57,140 bases of DNA from Thecamonas trahens ATCC 50062 (lineage: Eukaryota; Protista; Apusomonadida): contig NW_013657640.1 of the NCBI RefSeq assembly GCF_000142905.1, positions 1-57,140 of the forward strand, written 5' to 3'. The notes under the pieces are model-generated. The model saw only the letters and a program-made list of their open reading frames with translations, searched no databases and was not told the origin of the DNA. The stretch's first letter is position 1. Each line of letters starts with the position of its first letter. Both the position numbers and the translations under genes were made by a program. Shown here in pieces: positions 46,520 through 57,001 of this stretch.

Positions 46520-48448
46520 ATGGGAGGAGTATGCGGGCGACCAAGAGCAAGAGCAGATGATGATTACTCATACAATGTAGTCTCGCGTTCTGACATGGCT
46601 CCCACTGTACGTACCAACCCCCTCCCCCCCCCCCTCCGACCACTTCTGCTCCGCTCTCTCTCTCTCTCTGCCTGTACCGCACCCTCCGACCGCCACCCGC
46701 AATGCACAACCATACCAGCGTACACACAAGTAGCTACATATGGAGAGTATTGGCAGTGGTGTGAATGGTTGTCACACAGACTACGTGTAGGCATGAGGTT
46801 GGTATTGTGTACACACACCCCCCTCCCCCCTTTGTCCCTGCTTCTTCTTCGTTGACTGGTCGGTGTCGGTACGGGTGCCACTGCCGCTGTTCTGGCACTC
46901 TGCTTGATCTGTCTGTCCTCTTGCCTGCCTGCTCTCTTGCCTGCTCTCTGGCTACTCTCTGGCTACTCTCTGGCTACTCTATCTGATCTGCATGTTCTTT
47001 TGTCTGCACTCTGGCTGCTCTTCCCGCTCTCTACCTGTTCCTCAGCTACTCTACCTGATCTGCCTGCCCGGCTACCTCGCCAGCTCGACCCGCTCGATGT
47101 CGGCAAAAGTGGGAGTCATCGACATGATACTCACAACTCCCCTCCCCATCTCTCCATTCTGTGTACAGGGAAAGAGGAAGCGCGGCCGCGGGAAGAGACA
47201 CAAGCCGCTGCCTGAAGCTAGTGACAAGTACCGCATCCTTCCGCGCAAAGTCGGAGAGGGTGCATATGGTGAAGTCTTTGAAGCCATCGAGAAAGCCACG
47301 GGTGAGTCGGTGGTCATCAAGACCATCCGTCCAGATAAGGCCAATCCGGTCAAGCTGCGATCGGAGATCGAGATGCTCAAGTTGCTCGCTGATGGGCCGA
47401 ACATTGTCCAACTGCTGGACACGGTCCAGGACTCCAAGACTGGCGTCCAGATGCTGGTCTTTGAGCTCGTCGACGCGCAGTACTACAAGGCTGCTTACGC
47501 CGTCATGAACTACAACGACATGCTGGTGTACATGTACAAGACGCTACTTGCACTCGCGTACACGCACGACCGCGGCGTCATCCATCGTGACATCAAAGGC
47601 GGCAACATCCTCTTTGACGTCGAGGCACACAAGCTGCGCCTCATTGACTGGGGCTTTGCTACCTTTCACTCGCCGCGCACAGTCCACCACGACTTTCCAG
47701 GCACTCGCTACTACAAGGCGCCCGAGCTGTTCCTCCGCCTCAAGTCGTACGACTACGCTTGTGACATGTGGTCGCTCGGCTGCGTCCTCGGCATGATCCT
47801 CTTCCAGCGCAACCACTTTCTCAAGGCCAAGCACAACACAGACGAGGCCCAGATGATTGCCATCGCCCGCGCCCTCGGCACAGACGACTACGCCACGTGG
47901 CTCAAAGCTGCCAAGCCCCCCATGGCCGCTTACTTTCCCGTCTCTGCCCTCAAGGCCGCAAAGTGTCCCGCAGAGCGCCAGTCGCTGTGCGACCTCTTTG
48001 GCTCCGAAGACCACAACGGGCACCTAGTCCGTGACGACGCCGTAGACTTGCTCGAGGGCCTCCTCCGCTGGGATCCTGCAGACCGCCTCACCGCCAGCCA
48101 AGCCCTTGCATCACCCATTTTTGCCCCGCTCCGCGCTCGCGACAACCTGGACACTTCGACCACCAACACCACCAACACATCGCGCTCAGACTCAAACTCG
48201 TCTATCATCAGCCCGCAGTCGGTTGTGCCCATGGTCCAGAAGCGCGAGCTCACTGGCCCGGCCGCCTGCCACCCCTCTGGCTCTCAGACCTCTACACCAT
48301 CGAGCCTATCGATTCCCTCGGCTCGTCGTCGTCGTACTCATCTTCGGACTCGGTCTCCTCCACCATCTCAGCCGGCGACGTCTCCTTCAATCGCGATGCC
48401 ATGGAGACTGACTCCAACTCGTACGCTTCGTTCACCTCGTCATCATAG
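46520..48448 (+). CDS. Divergent CK2-alpha-like Ser/Thr kinase; exons 46520-46606 and 47169-48448, probable frame break near 48257
   Basis: GEGAYGEVFEA, GPNIVQLLDTV, HRDIKGGN, KLRLIDWG, RYYKAPEL, YDYACDMWSLGC; GTACGT..CAG intron joins an MGGVCG exon in frame. Confidence 0.82.
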
Positions 48449-48732
48449 CCATCGCCTGCTCCGATCCAAGCCGCCCTTTCCGCATCCCCCCCCCCCTCCC
48501 AATCGAGCAAATGAAAGACCACATGCCTCCAGTCCAGCGCGGGCGCTTGAAGAGCCGGCGCAGCGGTTTGTCTACACCGGGCTGGAAATGATCGACGTGC
48601 ATGTGACTGAGCGGCTTTCGGCTGGTCGACCGGGTAACCACGGCCAGCGCCAGCTCTGGTCACTCGTCACTCGGCGCCCGGTGCTTGTCGCTCGGACCAC
48701 CGCACTCGCCCTCCCCCCTCCCCTCACACACC

Positions 48733-51659
48733 ATGCGTCCGCTGCTGGTCTGTGCAGTGGTTGCGCTCTGTCTTGCGCAGGTTGTGCTCTGTGTCGACCG
48801 AAGCAACTTTAAGCAGTGCAAGGACGCGTCGTTCTGCTCCCGCCTCCGGGCCACCACTCCCGAAGCCGACTCGTATGCCGTCATGCGGGAGAGCCTCCGT
48901 TTCACGAAGGGCAAGGTACGTCGCCGCCAACGATTAATTGTCGTTCCCCTACGATTAATTGTCGCTCTGCAACGATGAATTGTCGTTCCCCAATGATTAT
49001 TGTCGTTCCCCAACGATTATTTGTCGTTCCCCAACGATTATTTGTCATTCCCCAACGATTATTGCTCACACTGACTCACATGCGGTCTGTGGATCCATGG
49101 TCATTGCAGCTCACCGCTGAGGTGCTCAACGAAGCTGAGGTCTCCTTCTCGCTCGAGATTGTGTTCCCGTCGACGAGGGCTGACCTCATCCGTGTCTCGT
49201 TGAGGGAGAGCACGCCGCTCGTTCCGCGGTTCGAGCCCAATGAGGCGCTGCTTGATCCTGTGGCGGCTCGGGAGACAGCCTCGCCAGAGGCGGTGGTGCT
49301 GGAGGAAGAGACCGATTCGGTGGTCGTCATCGCCCTCCCGCAACTCGGCCGCAAGCTCCGGATCGTCCTTGACCCGCTGGTGGTGACGCTCGAGGACGCC
49401 AATGGGCTCGCTCTCGTCGCGCTCAACTCGCGCAACCTGCTCGCCTTTGAGCACACCCGCACCAAGCCAGTGCCCGAGGTTGTCGGCGGCGCCGGCGAGG
49501 GTGAGGACGCCGCACCAACGCCGCAGGCGGATCAGCTCAAGGCCGAGGAGGCCGCCGGCATGTGGGAGGAGAGCTGGAAGGGGACAACCGACTCGAAGAA
49601 GCACGGCCCGCAGGGCGTGGCGCTCGACATCGACTTTCCGGCCTTCAAGCACGTCTACGGTATTCCGGAGCACGCGGCACCGTTCTCGCTCCCGGACACG
49701 ACCGGCGACGAGGCGCGGTACTCTGACCCGTACCGGCTCTACAACCTCGACGTGTTCGAGTACGAGCTCGACAACGAGATGGCGCTCTACGGTGCGGTCC
49801 CGTTCATGGTTGCCCACTCGGCCGCCGGCTCTGTGGGAGCGCTCTGGCTCAACGCCGCCGAGACCTTTATTGACGTCACGACGCTCGGTGGTGGCGGGCG
49901 CGGCTCGCGGTGGATGTCGGAGACTGGGGTCATCGACGTCTTCCTCATGGTCGGCCCTGCGCCGGCCGACGTGCTGGCGCAGTATGCGGGTTTGACCGGG
50001 GCGGCGGCGCTCCCGCCGGTCTTCTCGATCTCGTACCACCAGTGCCGGTGGAACTACCGCGACGAGGACGACGTGCGAATGGTCGACGCGAAGTTTGACG
50101 AGCACAACATCCCGTACGACGTCCTCTGGCTCGACATCGAGCACACCGACGGCAAGCGGTACTTTACGTGGGACGCGACCAAGTTCCCGGCGCCCAAAGC
50201 CATGATCGACGGTCTCGCCGCCAAGGGCCGCAAGATGGTCACCATCATCGACCCGCACATCAAGCGCGACAACAACTACTACGTCTACCGCGACGCCTCG
50301 GCCGCCGGCCACTTTATCAAGGACGCATCTGGCTCCGAGTACGACGGCTTCTGTTGGCCGGGCTCCTCGGCCTGGCTCGATCTCGTCTCGCCGGCTGTCC
50401 GCGACTACTGGGCCTCACTCTTTGCCTTTGACACGTACGTCGGCTCGACGCCGACCCTCTTTACGTGGAACGACATGAACGAGCCGTCGGTCTTCAACGG
50501 GCCCGAGATCACCATGAAGAAGGACGCCATCCACTTTGGCGGCTGGGAGCATCGCGACGTCCACAACATGTACGGCATGCTCTTCCAACGCTCCACCGCC
50601 GCTGGCCAGCTGGCCCGCTCTGGTGGCAAGGCCCGCCCGTTTGTCCTCACCCGCTCGTTTTTTGTCTCGTCGCAACGCGACGGCGCAGTGTGGACCGGCG
50701 ACAATGCCGCAGAGTGGTCGCACCTCGAGGCATCGGTCCCCATGCTCCTCTCGCACTCGATTGCAGGCATCCCGTTCATCGGCGCCGACGTGGGTGGCTT
50801 CTTTGGCGACGTCGAGCCTGAGCTCCTTGCCCGCTGGTACCAGGCCGGCGCCTTCCAGCCCTTCTTCCGTGCCCACGGCCATCTCGACACCAAGCGCCGC
50901 GAGCCGTGGCTCTTTGGCGAGCCGTACACCTCGATCATCCGCTCTGCCATCCGCGCCCGCTACGCCTACCTCCCCTACCTCTATACCCTCTTTGCCGAGG
51001 CCTCGCGCACCCTCGCCCCGGTCATGCGCCCGCTCTGGTGGCACTACCCGGATCACGCCCCGCTCTTTGACCGCGACTCGGAGTTTATGCTCGGCCGCGC
51101 CCTGCTCATCGCTCCGGCCACCGCCCCGGGCGTCACCTCGGTCACGGCCTACCTTCCGCCCGGCGCATGGTACGACGTCCGCGACTTTGCCATGTACCAG
51201 GGCGGCCAGCTTGTCCCGCTTGACGCTCCACTCGAGTCGATTCCGGTCCTCCAGGCTGCAGGCACCATTGTGCCCAAGAAAGAGCGCGCGCGCCGCAACT
51301 CGGCCGCCATGGTCCTCGACCCCTTCACCCTCGTCGTCGCCCTCGACGCCGCAGGCTCTGCTCGCGGTGAGCTGTACCTCGACGACGGCGCATCGACTGA
51401 CCACGCCGCAGGCGCTTGGACCTCGCGCCACTTTTCCATGGCCAGCGGGATGCTCACCTCGACCCGCGCCCCAGGCGCGCCCGAGTATCACACGCCCGAG
51501 GCCATCGAGCGCATCGTCGTCCTCGGCATGCCCGCCCCGGCCGCCATCACCCTCAACGGCGACTCGCTCTCGTTCACCGTCGATCCAACCTCTGGTGCCG
51601 TTACCATCCGCAAGCCGGACGTGCTCGCCATCGACGACTGGACCATCGTCTTTGCTTAA
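48733..51659 (+). CDS. GANAB: ER glucosidase II alpha subunit (GH31); exons 48733-48915 and 49110-51659
   Basis: Signal peptide plus VDRSNFKQCKDASFC; YGIPEHA, PYRLYNLDVFEY, WLDIEHTDGKRYFTW, WNDMNEPSVF, WTGDN. Confidence 0.97.
48928..49064. repeat. About 21-bp minisatellite (caacgattaattgtcgttccc), ~6.5 copies, in the GANAB intron
   Basis: Directly visible tandem units. Confidence 0.93.
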
Positions 51660-51826
51660 TCATGTTGATGTAGCGGTACACGCCGTAGTTAGAGATCAAG
51701 CAAAAGAACCCGGAGATCCAAGAGTGCGAGGTCAAAGTGGAGTCGCTGATCTCCGGCTCGCGCACTCGCGCACATTCCACCCCACCCCCCACACACACAC
51801 ATGCACACACAAACATACACCCGAAA

Positions 51827-52207
51827 ATGCCGCAGAGCGGGGGTCGTAGACGGCGTTGCGTCATCGAACGTCGCGCTCATCGCGGGCGGGTGGAAGGCCG
51901 TCGTCGCCACCGACGCGCGCTTGTTCCACGAGACGTTCGCTGGGCGCGCAAGATGAGCGAGGCGGGTGCGGAGAAGAAGGCGCTCGGCGACGCAGCCAAG
52001 GCGGAGGAGCGGGCGCTGGAAGTTGCGCGGCGGTGGGTCAAGAAGGCCGACGACGCGGTGATGGCGGCAAAGCAGATGCTCGATGAAGCCGCCAGGGCCT
52101 CGGCCAAGGCTTGGAAGGCGAAGCGCAAGGCTCGGAAGGGGCGCCGTGGTAAGGCGAGCGAGGCTCGCGCAACAACGCGTCCGAACGACCGCACCATTAA
52201 GGGTTAA
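51827..52207 (+). CDS. Small basic helical hypothetical protein
   Basis: Ala/Lys/Arg-rich ORF with coding-like codons from 51953; no recognised family. Confidence 0.35.
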   Translation: MPQSGGRRRRCVIERRAHRGRVEGRRRHRRALVPRDVRWARKMSEAGAEKKALGDAAKAEERALEVARRWVKKADDAVMAAKQMLDEAARASAKAWKAKRKARKGRRGKASEARATTRPNDRTIKG

Positions 52208-52235
52208 AACTGGCCGTTTACACATGCGTGTCGCG

Positions 52236-52745
52236 CTACGCCTTGTTCATCGCTGGAGCGGGCGCAGCATGCTGGGTGTACGCCGGCAGGCCCGGCGGCG
52301 GGGCCTGACCGTAGCTCCCGTAGCCGTACGCCGGCGCCGGTGCGCCACCGTACCCAGGCTGGCCAAGTAGCCGGAGCCGAGCCTCCTCGCGCGCACGCTT
52401 CCGCTTGTTGATCGGACAGCATGAGCAGTAGTGGCAGCAGCAGCAGACGCCGCCAGTGATGCATGCGATGCCGAGCACAACCATGCCGATGGTAAAGGCA
52501 ATGCCCGCACCCGAGAGCTTGACATCGCACGTGTTTCCGGAATCGTCCTTGACGTCGATGGCCCAGTTGCCGTACACGCACTTGTGGCCAAAATCAGAGG
52601 TCGTGCAGCACTTGAGGTCGTTGTTGCCGTCCTTGGCGTCGCACAGCAGTTTGCACGTTGTCGAGTCGGCCGGATAGCCAAGAGTCGGCGTGGCGAGGAA
52701 GACAGCCATGGCCACCACGGCCAGGACAAGCGTAATATGGGTCAT
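52236..52745 (-). CDS. Single-pass Cys-rich membrane protein (Shisa-like architecture), paralog A
   Basis: Signal peptide, 6-Cys ectodomain, TM, juxtamembrane CCCCHYCSCC, Pro/Tyr-rich tail with LPAY. Confidence 0.8.
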   Translation of the reverse strand: MTHITLVLAVVAMAVFLATPTLGYPADSTTCKLLCDAKDGNNDLKCCTTSDFGHKCVYGNWAIDVKDDSGNTCDVKLSGAGIAFTIGMVVLGIACITGGVCCCCHYCSCCPINKRKRAREEARLRLLGQPGYGGAPAPAYGYGSYGQAPPPGLPAYTQHAAPAPAMNKA

Positions 52746-52982
52746 CTATATGGTCGTAGCAATTGCTGTGGTGAGTACGAGTCGGGTGAGTGCCACAAGT
52801 CGCCCGTGCGTCTCCGATACGGGGCGGTGGGCGTGGAAGGTCGGGGGATGGAATGGCGCATGTGCGAGTTTTGTGTTTGGTTGCCTTTTTGCGACTCTTT
52901 GGCCGGCTTTTCCCCCCTGCTGCACGCACGCCGCCATCAAGTCGGGAGTTGGGAGGAGAACAGAGAGAGGGAGTGTGTGTTG

Positions 52983-53060
52983 ATCTTGACTTTGATCCTT
53001 ATCTTGATCTCGATCTCGATCTCGATCTCGATCTCAATCTCAATCTCAATCTCAATCTCA
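52983..53060. repeat. Hexamer microsatellite (gatctc)n/(aatctc)n between the paralogs
   Basis: Directly visible. Confidence 0.9.
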
Positions 53061-53153
53061 CCTCGATCCCAACAAGCACGAAAACGGGAGTGGCCGAGGT
53101 CGGACGTGGGGCGTGCTGTTGCTGGAGGCCGGCAGACTACGTGATGGCTCGCT

Positions 53154-53690
53154 TTACTGCTTGTTGACAGAGGCAGACTGCGGGGTGTACGCCGGGCCGG
53201 CAGAAGGGACGGCATGCTGGTTGTACGCCGGCAGGCCCGGCGGTGGGGCCTGACCGTAGCTCCCGTAGCCGTACGCCGGCGCCGGTGCGCCACCGTACCC
53301 AGGCTGGCCAAGTAGCCGGAGCCGAGCCTCCTCGCGCGCACGCTTCCGCTTGTTGATCGGACAGCATGAGCAGTAGTGGCAGCAGCAGCAGACGCCGCCA
53401 GTGATGCATGCGATGCCGAGCACAACCATGCCGATGGTAAAGGCAATGCCCGCACCCGAGAGCTTGACATCGCACGTGTTTCCGGAATCGTCCTTGACGT
53501 CGATGGCCCAGTTGCCGTACACGCACTTGTGGCCAAAATCAGAGGCCGTGCAGCACTTGAGGTCGTTGTTGCCGTCCTTGGCGTCGCACAGCAGCTTGCA
53601 CGTTGTCGAGTCGGCCGGATAGCCAAGAGTCGGCGTGGCGAGGAAGACAGCCATGGCCACCACGGCCAGGAAAAGCGTAATATGGGTCAT
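53154..53690 (-). CDS. Single-pass Cys-rich membrane protein (Shisa-like architecture), paralog B
   Basis: Near-identical to 52236..52745 at offset 945 bp, with a different C-terminal end. Confidence 0.8.
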   Translation of the reverse strand: MTHITLFLAVVAMAVFLATPTLGYPADSTTCKLLCDAKDGNNDLKCCTASDFGHKCVYGNWAIDVKDDSGNTCDVKLSGAGIAFTIGMVVLGIACITGGVCCCCHYCSCCPINKRKRAREEARLRLLGQPGYGGAPAPAYGYGSYGQAPPPGLPAYNQHAVPSAGPAYTPQSASVNKQ

Positions 53691-53933
53691 CTATATGGTC
53701 GTAGCAATTGCTGTGGTGAGTACGAGTCGGGTGAGTGCCACAAGTCGCCCGTGCGTCTCCGATACGGGGCGGTGGGCGTGGAAGGTCGGGGGATGGGTTG
53801 TTCTTGGTTGCCTTTTTTCATTGGCACTCCTTTTAGCGCGCTGGCAGTAGCTGCATGGCCACGGCCAAGTCAAGGGGGGGGGGGAGGGGAGATGACATCT
53901 CGATCTCTGTGGATATCTCGATTTTGATGACAG

Positions 53934-54821
53934 TTAGCCCCAGCCGCGGAACCGACGGAGCGAGCCAAAGAACGGAGGCGGGCGGCCGGTGTTGAGGGCC
54001 ATGTTGCGGCGGGCAACGTAGCAGAGGTACATGAGCGGGCAGGTGAGGAAGACTGCGGCGATGACGAGGGCGGCACCGGCAAAGACAAGGTTGAAGCCGA
54101 CCATTTCCGGGTAGCCGCGCCGCGGTGGCATGGACACATCCTCGATGCGGAGAACGAGAGAGCGCGGGGAGCCTGGGAACTCAGCTGTGGCGTCGTCGAT
54201 GGCACCACTCCAGCCTGGGCCGGCGTACGACGGGATGACTGAGTGGAGGGTCATGCCGATGACTGAGTCTGCGTAAACGACCTTGGCGGTGATACCGGAG
54301 AGCGGGACGATAGTGGTGCGGCCGGAGTCATAGTCGGGCGTCGAGGCGTACCAATGAATGGGGCTGGAGACGCCAGCGACCTCGACCTCGGCCACAGCGG
54401 CGAGGTCGTAGGGCGGAAAGAGGACCTGCTCGACGGTCGCCTCGTGCCACTCTTGGCTGTACGCCGTGTGCGAGAGCGTGAACAGGCCGGCAGAGCCCAT
54501 GCGTGGGTCCTTGAGCGACCGCTCCGAGTGGGTCTGGAGATTGAGCGAGTACACGGTGCCGTCGACGCCAATGGACGAGGACGAGCCGCCGCTGCGGTAG
54601 TACCTATCGTGCCAGGCCTGGATTCCAGGGAGTGTCTGGCGAAAGGCATTGATCATATCGCGGGTGTCCTCGTCCACCACGGACGTTGGGTACACGCCGA
54701 CCACAATCCAGGTCACCCCCATTAGCAGCAAGCCTACAATGAAGACCACGCCAACAGCCAGTCGCATCCGGCCTTGTTCTGCACTCCATACATTGAGGAC
54801 TAATCTCGGTCGATGAGCCAT
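53934..54821 (-). CDS. Hypothetical membrane protein with two TM segments flanking a lumenal loop
   Basis: Hydrophobic LAVGVVFIVGLLLMGVTWIVVGV and LVFAGAALVIAAVFLTCPLMYL. Confidence 0.65.
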   Translation of the reverse strand: MAHRPRLVLNVWSAEQGRMRLAVGVVFIVGLLLMGVTWIVVGVYPTSVVDEDTRDMINAFRQTLPGIQAWHDRYYRSGGSSSSIGVDGTVYSLNLQTHSERSLKDPRMGSAGLFTLSHTAYSQEWHEATVEQVLFPPYDLAAVAEVEVAGVSSPIHWYASTPDYDSGRTTIVPLSGITAKVVYADSVIGMTLHSVIPSYAGPGWSGAIDDATAEFPGSPRSLVLRIEDVSMPPRRGYPEMVGFNLVFAGAALVIAAVFLTCPLMYLCYVARRNMALNTGRPPPFFGSLRRFRGWG

Positions 54822-54836
54822 AATTCCATTAGTACG

Positions 54837-55168
54837 TGTCCATCATGTCCAGCATGTCCACCACGTCCACCACGTCCACCACGTCCACCACGTCCATCAT
54901 GTCCAGCATGTTCATGTCCAGCATGTCCACCACGTCCACCACGTCCATCATGTCCAGCATGTTCATGTCCAGCATGTCCACCACGTCCACCACGTCCACC
55001 ACGTCCACCACGTCCACCACGTCCACCACGTCCACCACGTCCACCACGTCCACCACGTCCACCACGTCCACCACGTCCACCACGTCCACCACGTCCACCA
55101 CGTCCACCACGTCCACCACGTCCACCACGTCCACCACGTCCACCACGTCCAGCATGTCCACCACGTCC
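54837..55168. repeat. 9-bp minisatellite (gtccaccac)n with gtccagcat/gtccatcat variants
   Basis: About 36 units directly visible. Confidence 0.97.
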
Positions 55169-55636
55169 ATACCCCCTCACAACAATAAGTACACCATCCC
55201 CACACCCCTCTCGCCATCCTGTTTTCCTTGCCCATACCCCCTCCCACCCTAATACCTACACTTGTATCCGCCATCCCCATCACCACCACCACCACCACCA
55301 TTGCCAGGGCCTCCTCCAGTGCTGACTTCGCCAGGCCCAGCCTCACCCGGCACCACCCCCATGCCCTCGCGCTGTTCAACATGCTCCATGCGCACCTCTG
55401 TGGTGGTCATGGTATAGAAGGAGAGAATGGGTGGAAGGGTGAAAGAGAGATGTGCTCCGTACTCCCGTACCCTGGGCACGAGCCCTGTCCTTGCCTTCGG
55501 GTCGTCTCGCTGCGCGCGAACTTGTCGCTTGTCGTTTGGCGCGCGCCTGCCGGCACCTCGGTGCCGAAATGAGATGAAGGGTCAGAGCACGAGAGAAGGC
55601 TACTTCTACATACTTAATTACGATGTATGAGGGGGC

Positions 55637-57001
55637 CTACGACGACTGAGTAGCGTAGTAGATGCGGGCAGACTCCTTGGCCTCAGCAGCCTCGCGGCGG
55701 ATGTCTGAGGCGGCGCGCTGCTGGGCAAACGAGTGGACGACCGAGAGGGCAAACCAGCCGATGAAGGCGATCATGACAACCGACCAAAGCCTGGCCAGCA
55801 GCGGCGCGGGCGGTGCGGTCGGCGACGAGGCGGTAGCGGTGGCGGCGCCATCGGCGCCGGGCATGAACCGGGCGCGCTGCTTGAGGAACGCCTCGTTGAC
55901 CTTCTCGTCGATGTTCCACGCCTCGGGCGTGAACCGCTCCACAAACCGGACCAGCACATCGAGGTACTCCTTGCGGAAGATGGTGATGAAGAAGAGAGCC
56001 TGTCCGTTGACCTTGATGAGGGCCTTGCCGATAAAGGTGGCGCCGAAAAAGACCCAGAACGGAATGAGAAAGTGGCCGCAGGCGAGGCCGCACAGGTCAA
56101 ACGCCATGTTCGGCCAGGCCGCAAAGGCCAGGATGGCCCAGAACCCGTACTTTTCCAGCGAGACAAACATCCAGTCCCGCATGGCGTTGACCACCGACGA
56201 CGCCGACTCGTTCTCGATCCACTCGTCAAGCTCCTCGTTGGCCTCGCCGGCCAGCCGGGCCGCCCGCGACACTGCGTACGGCGGGATCTCGCCAATAGCT
56301 GTCCCGGCGCCCCACAGCAGGCACGGCCATGCCACCATCTGCCACAGGCCGAGGAACGAGACCGGGTACGCGGCGGCGCCCGCCGAGCCAGGCTCGGAGA
56401 GGCACTCGAGATCGGCGGTACTAAAGTGAAGCGACTCGCACGCCGACGCCGTCATGCACACCTTGGCAATGTGTGGGAAAAGGAAGAGAAGGCCCGAGTG
56501 CATGCCCGTGCCCAGCCCCACTGATGAGAGCACGCCAAGTCCAACCCACCAGACGACCAAGACAATCTCGGACAGGATGGAGTCCACGAGCGAGGAGTGC
56601 GGCCCAGGGATGAGCCAGCCGAGAGCCAGAAGAAGAGCCACCGGGACCAGACCAAAGACAAAGGCAGGATGAGCAGCAATAGCAGCAAGTAGAGAGTGAG
56701 CATACTCGCCAGCAACTTGGGCGAACAATGTCATCGTTCGCAGTGGTGCACGGAAGACGGTCAACTTGCGCGACTCGGCCACAGCGCCCCGGACGGCCTC
56801 ATCAAGCTCAGCTTCATACTCGGCAAAGGTGTTCGGAACTCCAGGCGTCGGTACTCCAGACGCAAGCATACTGAATACTATTTCACCTCTCCTCCTTCTC
56901 TGTCTCTTTCTCTTGGTTGAGTTCAGAGAGCGAGTCGAGTGTGGCGACCTCGGGTGTGTGACCTCGCCTTTGCCTGCTGCGGGTGACGTGGCCTTCGTCA
57001 T
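55637..57001 (-). CDS. VMP1: Vacuole membrane protein 1 (VMP1/TMEM49, VTT-domain scramblase)
   Basis: WWVGLGVLSSVGLGTGMHSGLLFLFPHI, WGAGTAIGEIPPY, WPNMAFDLCGLACGHF, FFGATFIGKALIK; start uncertain. Confidence 0.93.
   Translation of the reverse strand: MTKATSPAAGKGEVTHPRSPHSTRSLNSTKRKRQRRRRGEIVFSMLASGVPTPGVPNTFAEYEAELDEAVRGAVAESRKLTVFRAPLRTMTLFAQVAGEYAHSLLAAIAAHPAFVFGLVPVALLLALGWLIPGPHSSLVDSILSEIVLVVWWVGLGVLSSVGLGTGMHSGLLFLFPHIAKVCMTASACESLHFSTADLECLSEPGSAGAAAYPVSFLGLWQMVAWPCLLWGAGTAIGEIPPYAVSRAARLAGEANEELDEWIENESASSVVNAMRDWMFVSLEKYGFWAILAFAAWPNMAFDLCGLACGHFLIPFWVFFGATFIGKALIKVNGQALFFITIFRKEYLDVLVRFVERFTPEAWNIDEKVNEAFLKQRARFMPGADGAATATASSPTAPPAPLLARLWSVVMIAFIGWFALSVVHSFAQQRAASDIRREAAEAKESARIYYATQSS

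Noticed and set aside
45770-46855. ORFs spanning the N-gap (also 9312-9864)
   Set aside because: Artefacts of translating through Ns
48928-49064. CRISPR-like array (palindromic repeats)
   Set aside because: Units are contiguous with no unique spacers, lie in a eukaryotic intron, and no cas genes are present
52983-53060. Telomeric repeat
   Set aside because: gatctc/aatctc hexamers do not match TTAGGG-type repeats and are internal
54800-55382. RGG-, DVV-, STT- or WTW-repeat proteins
   Set aside because: All are translations of one 9-bp minisatellite; no evidence favours any frame
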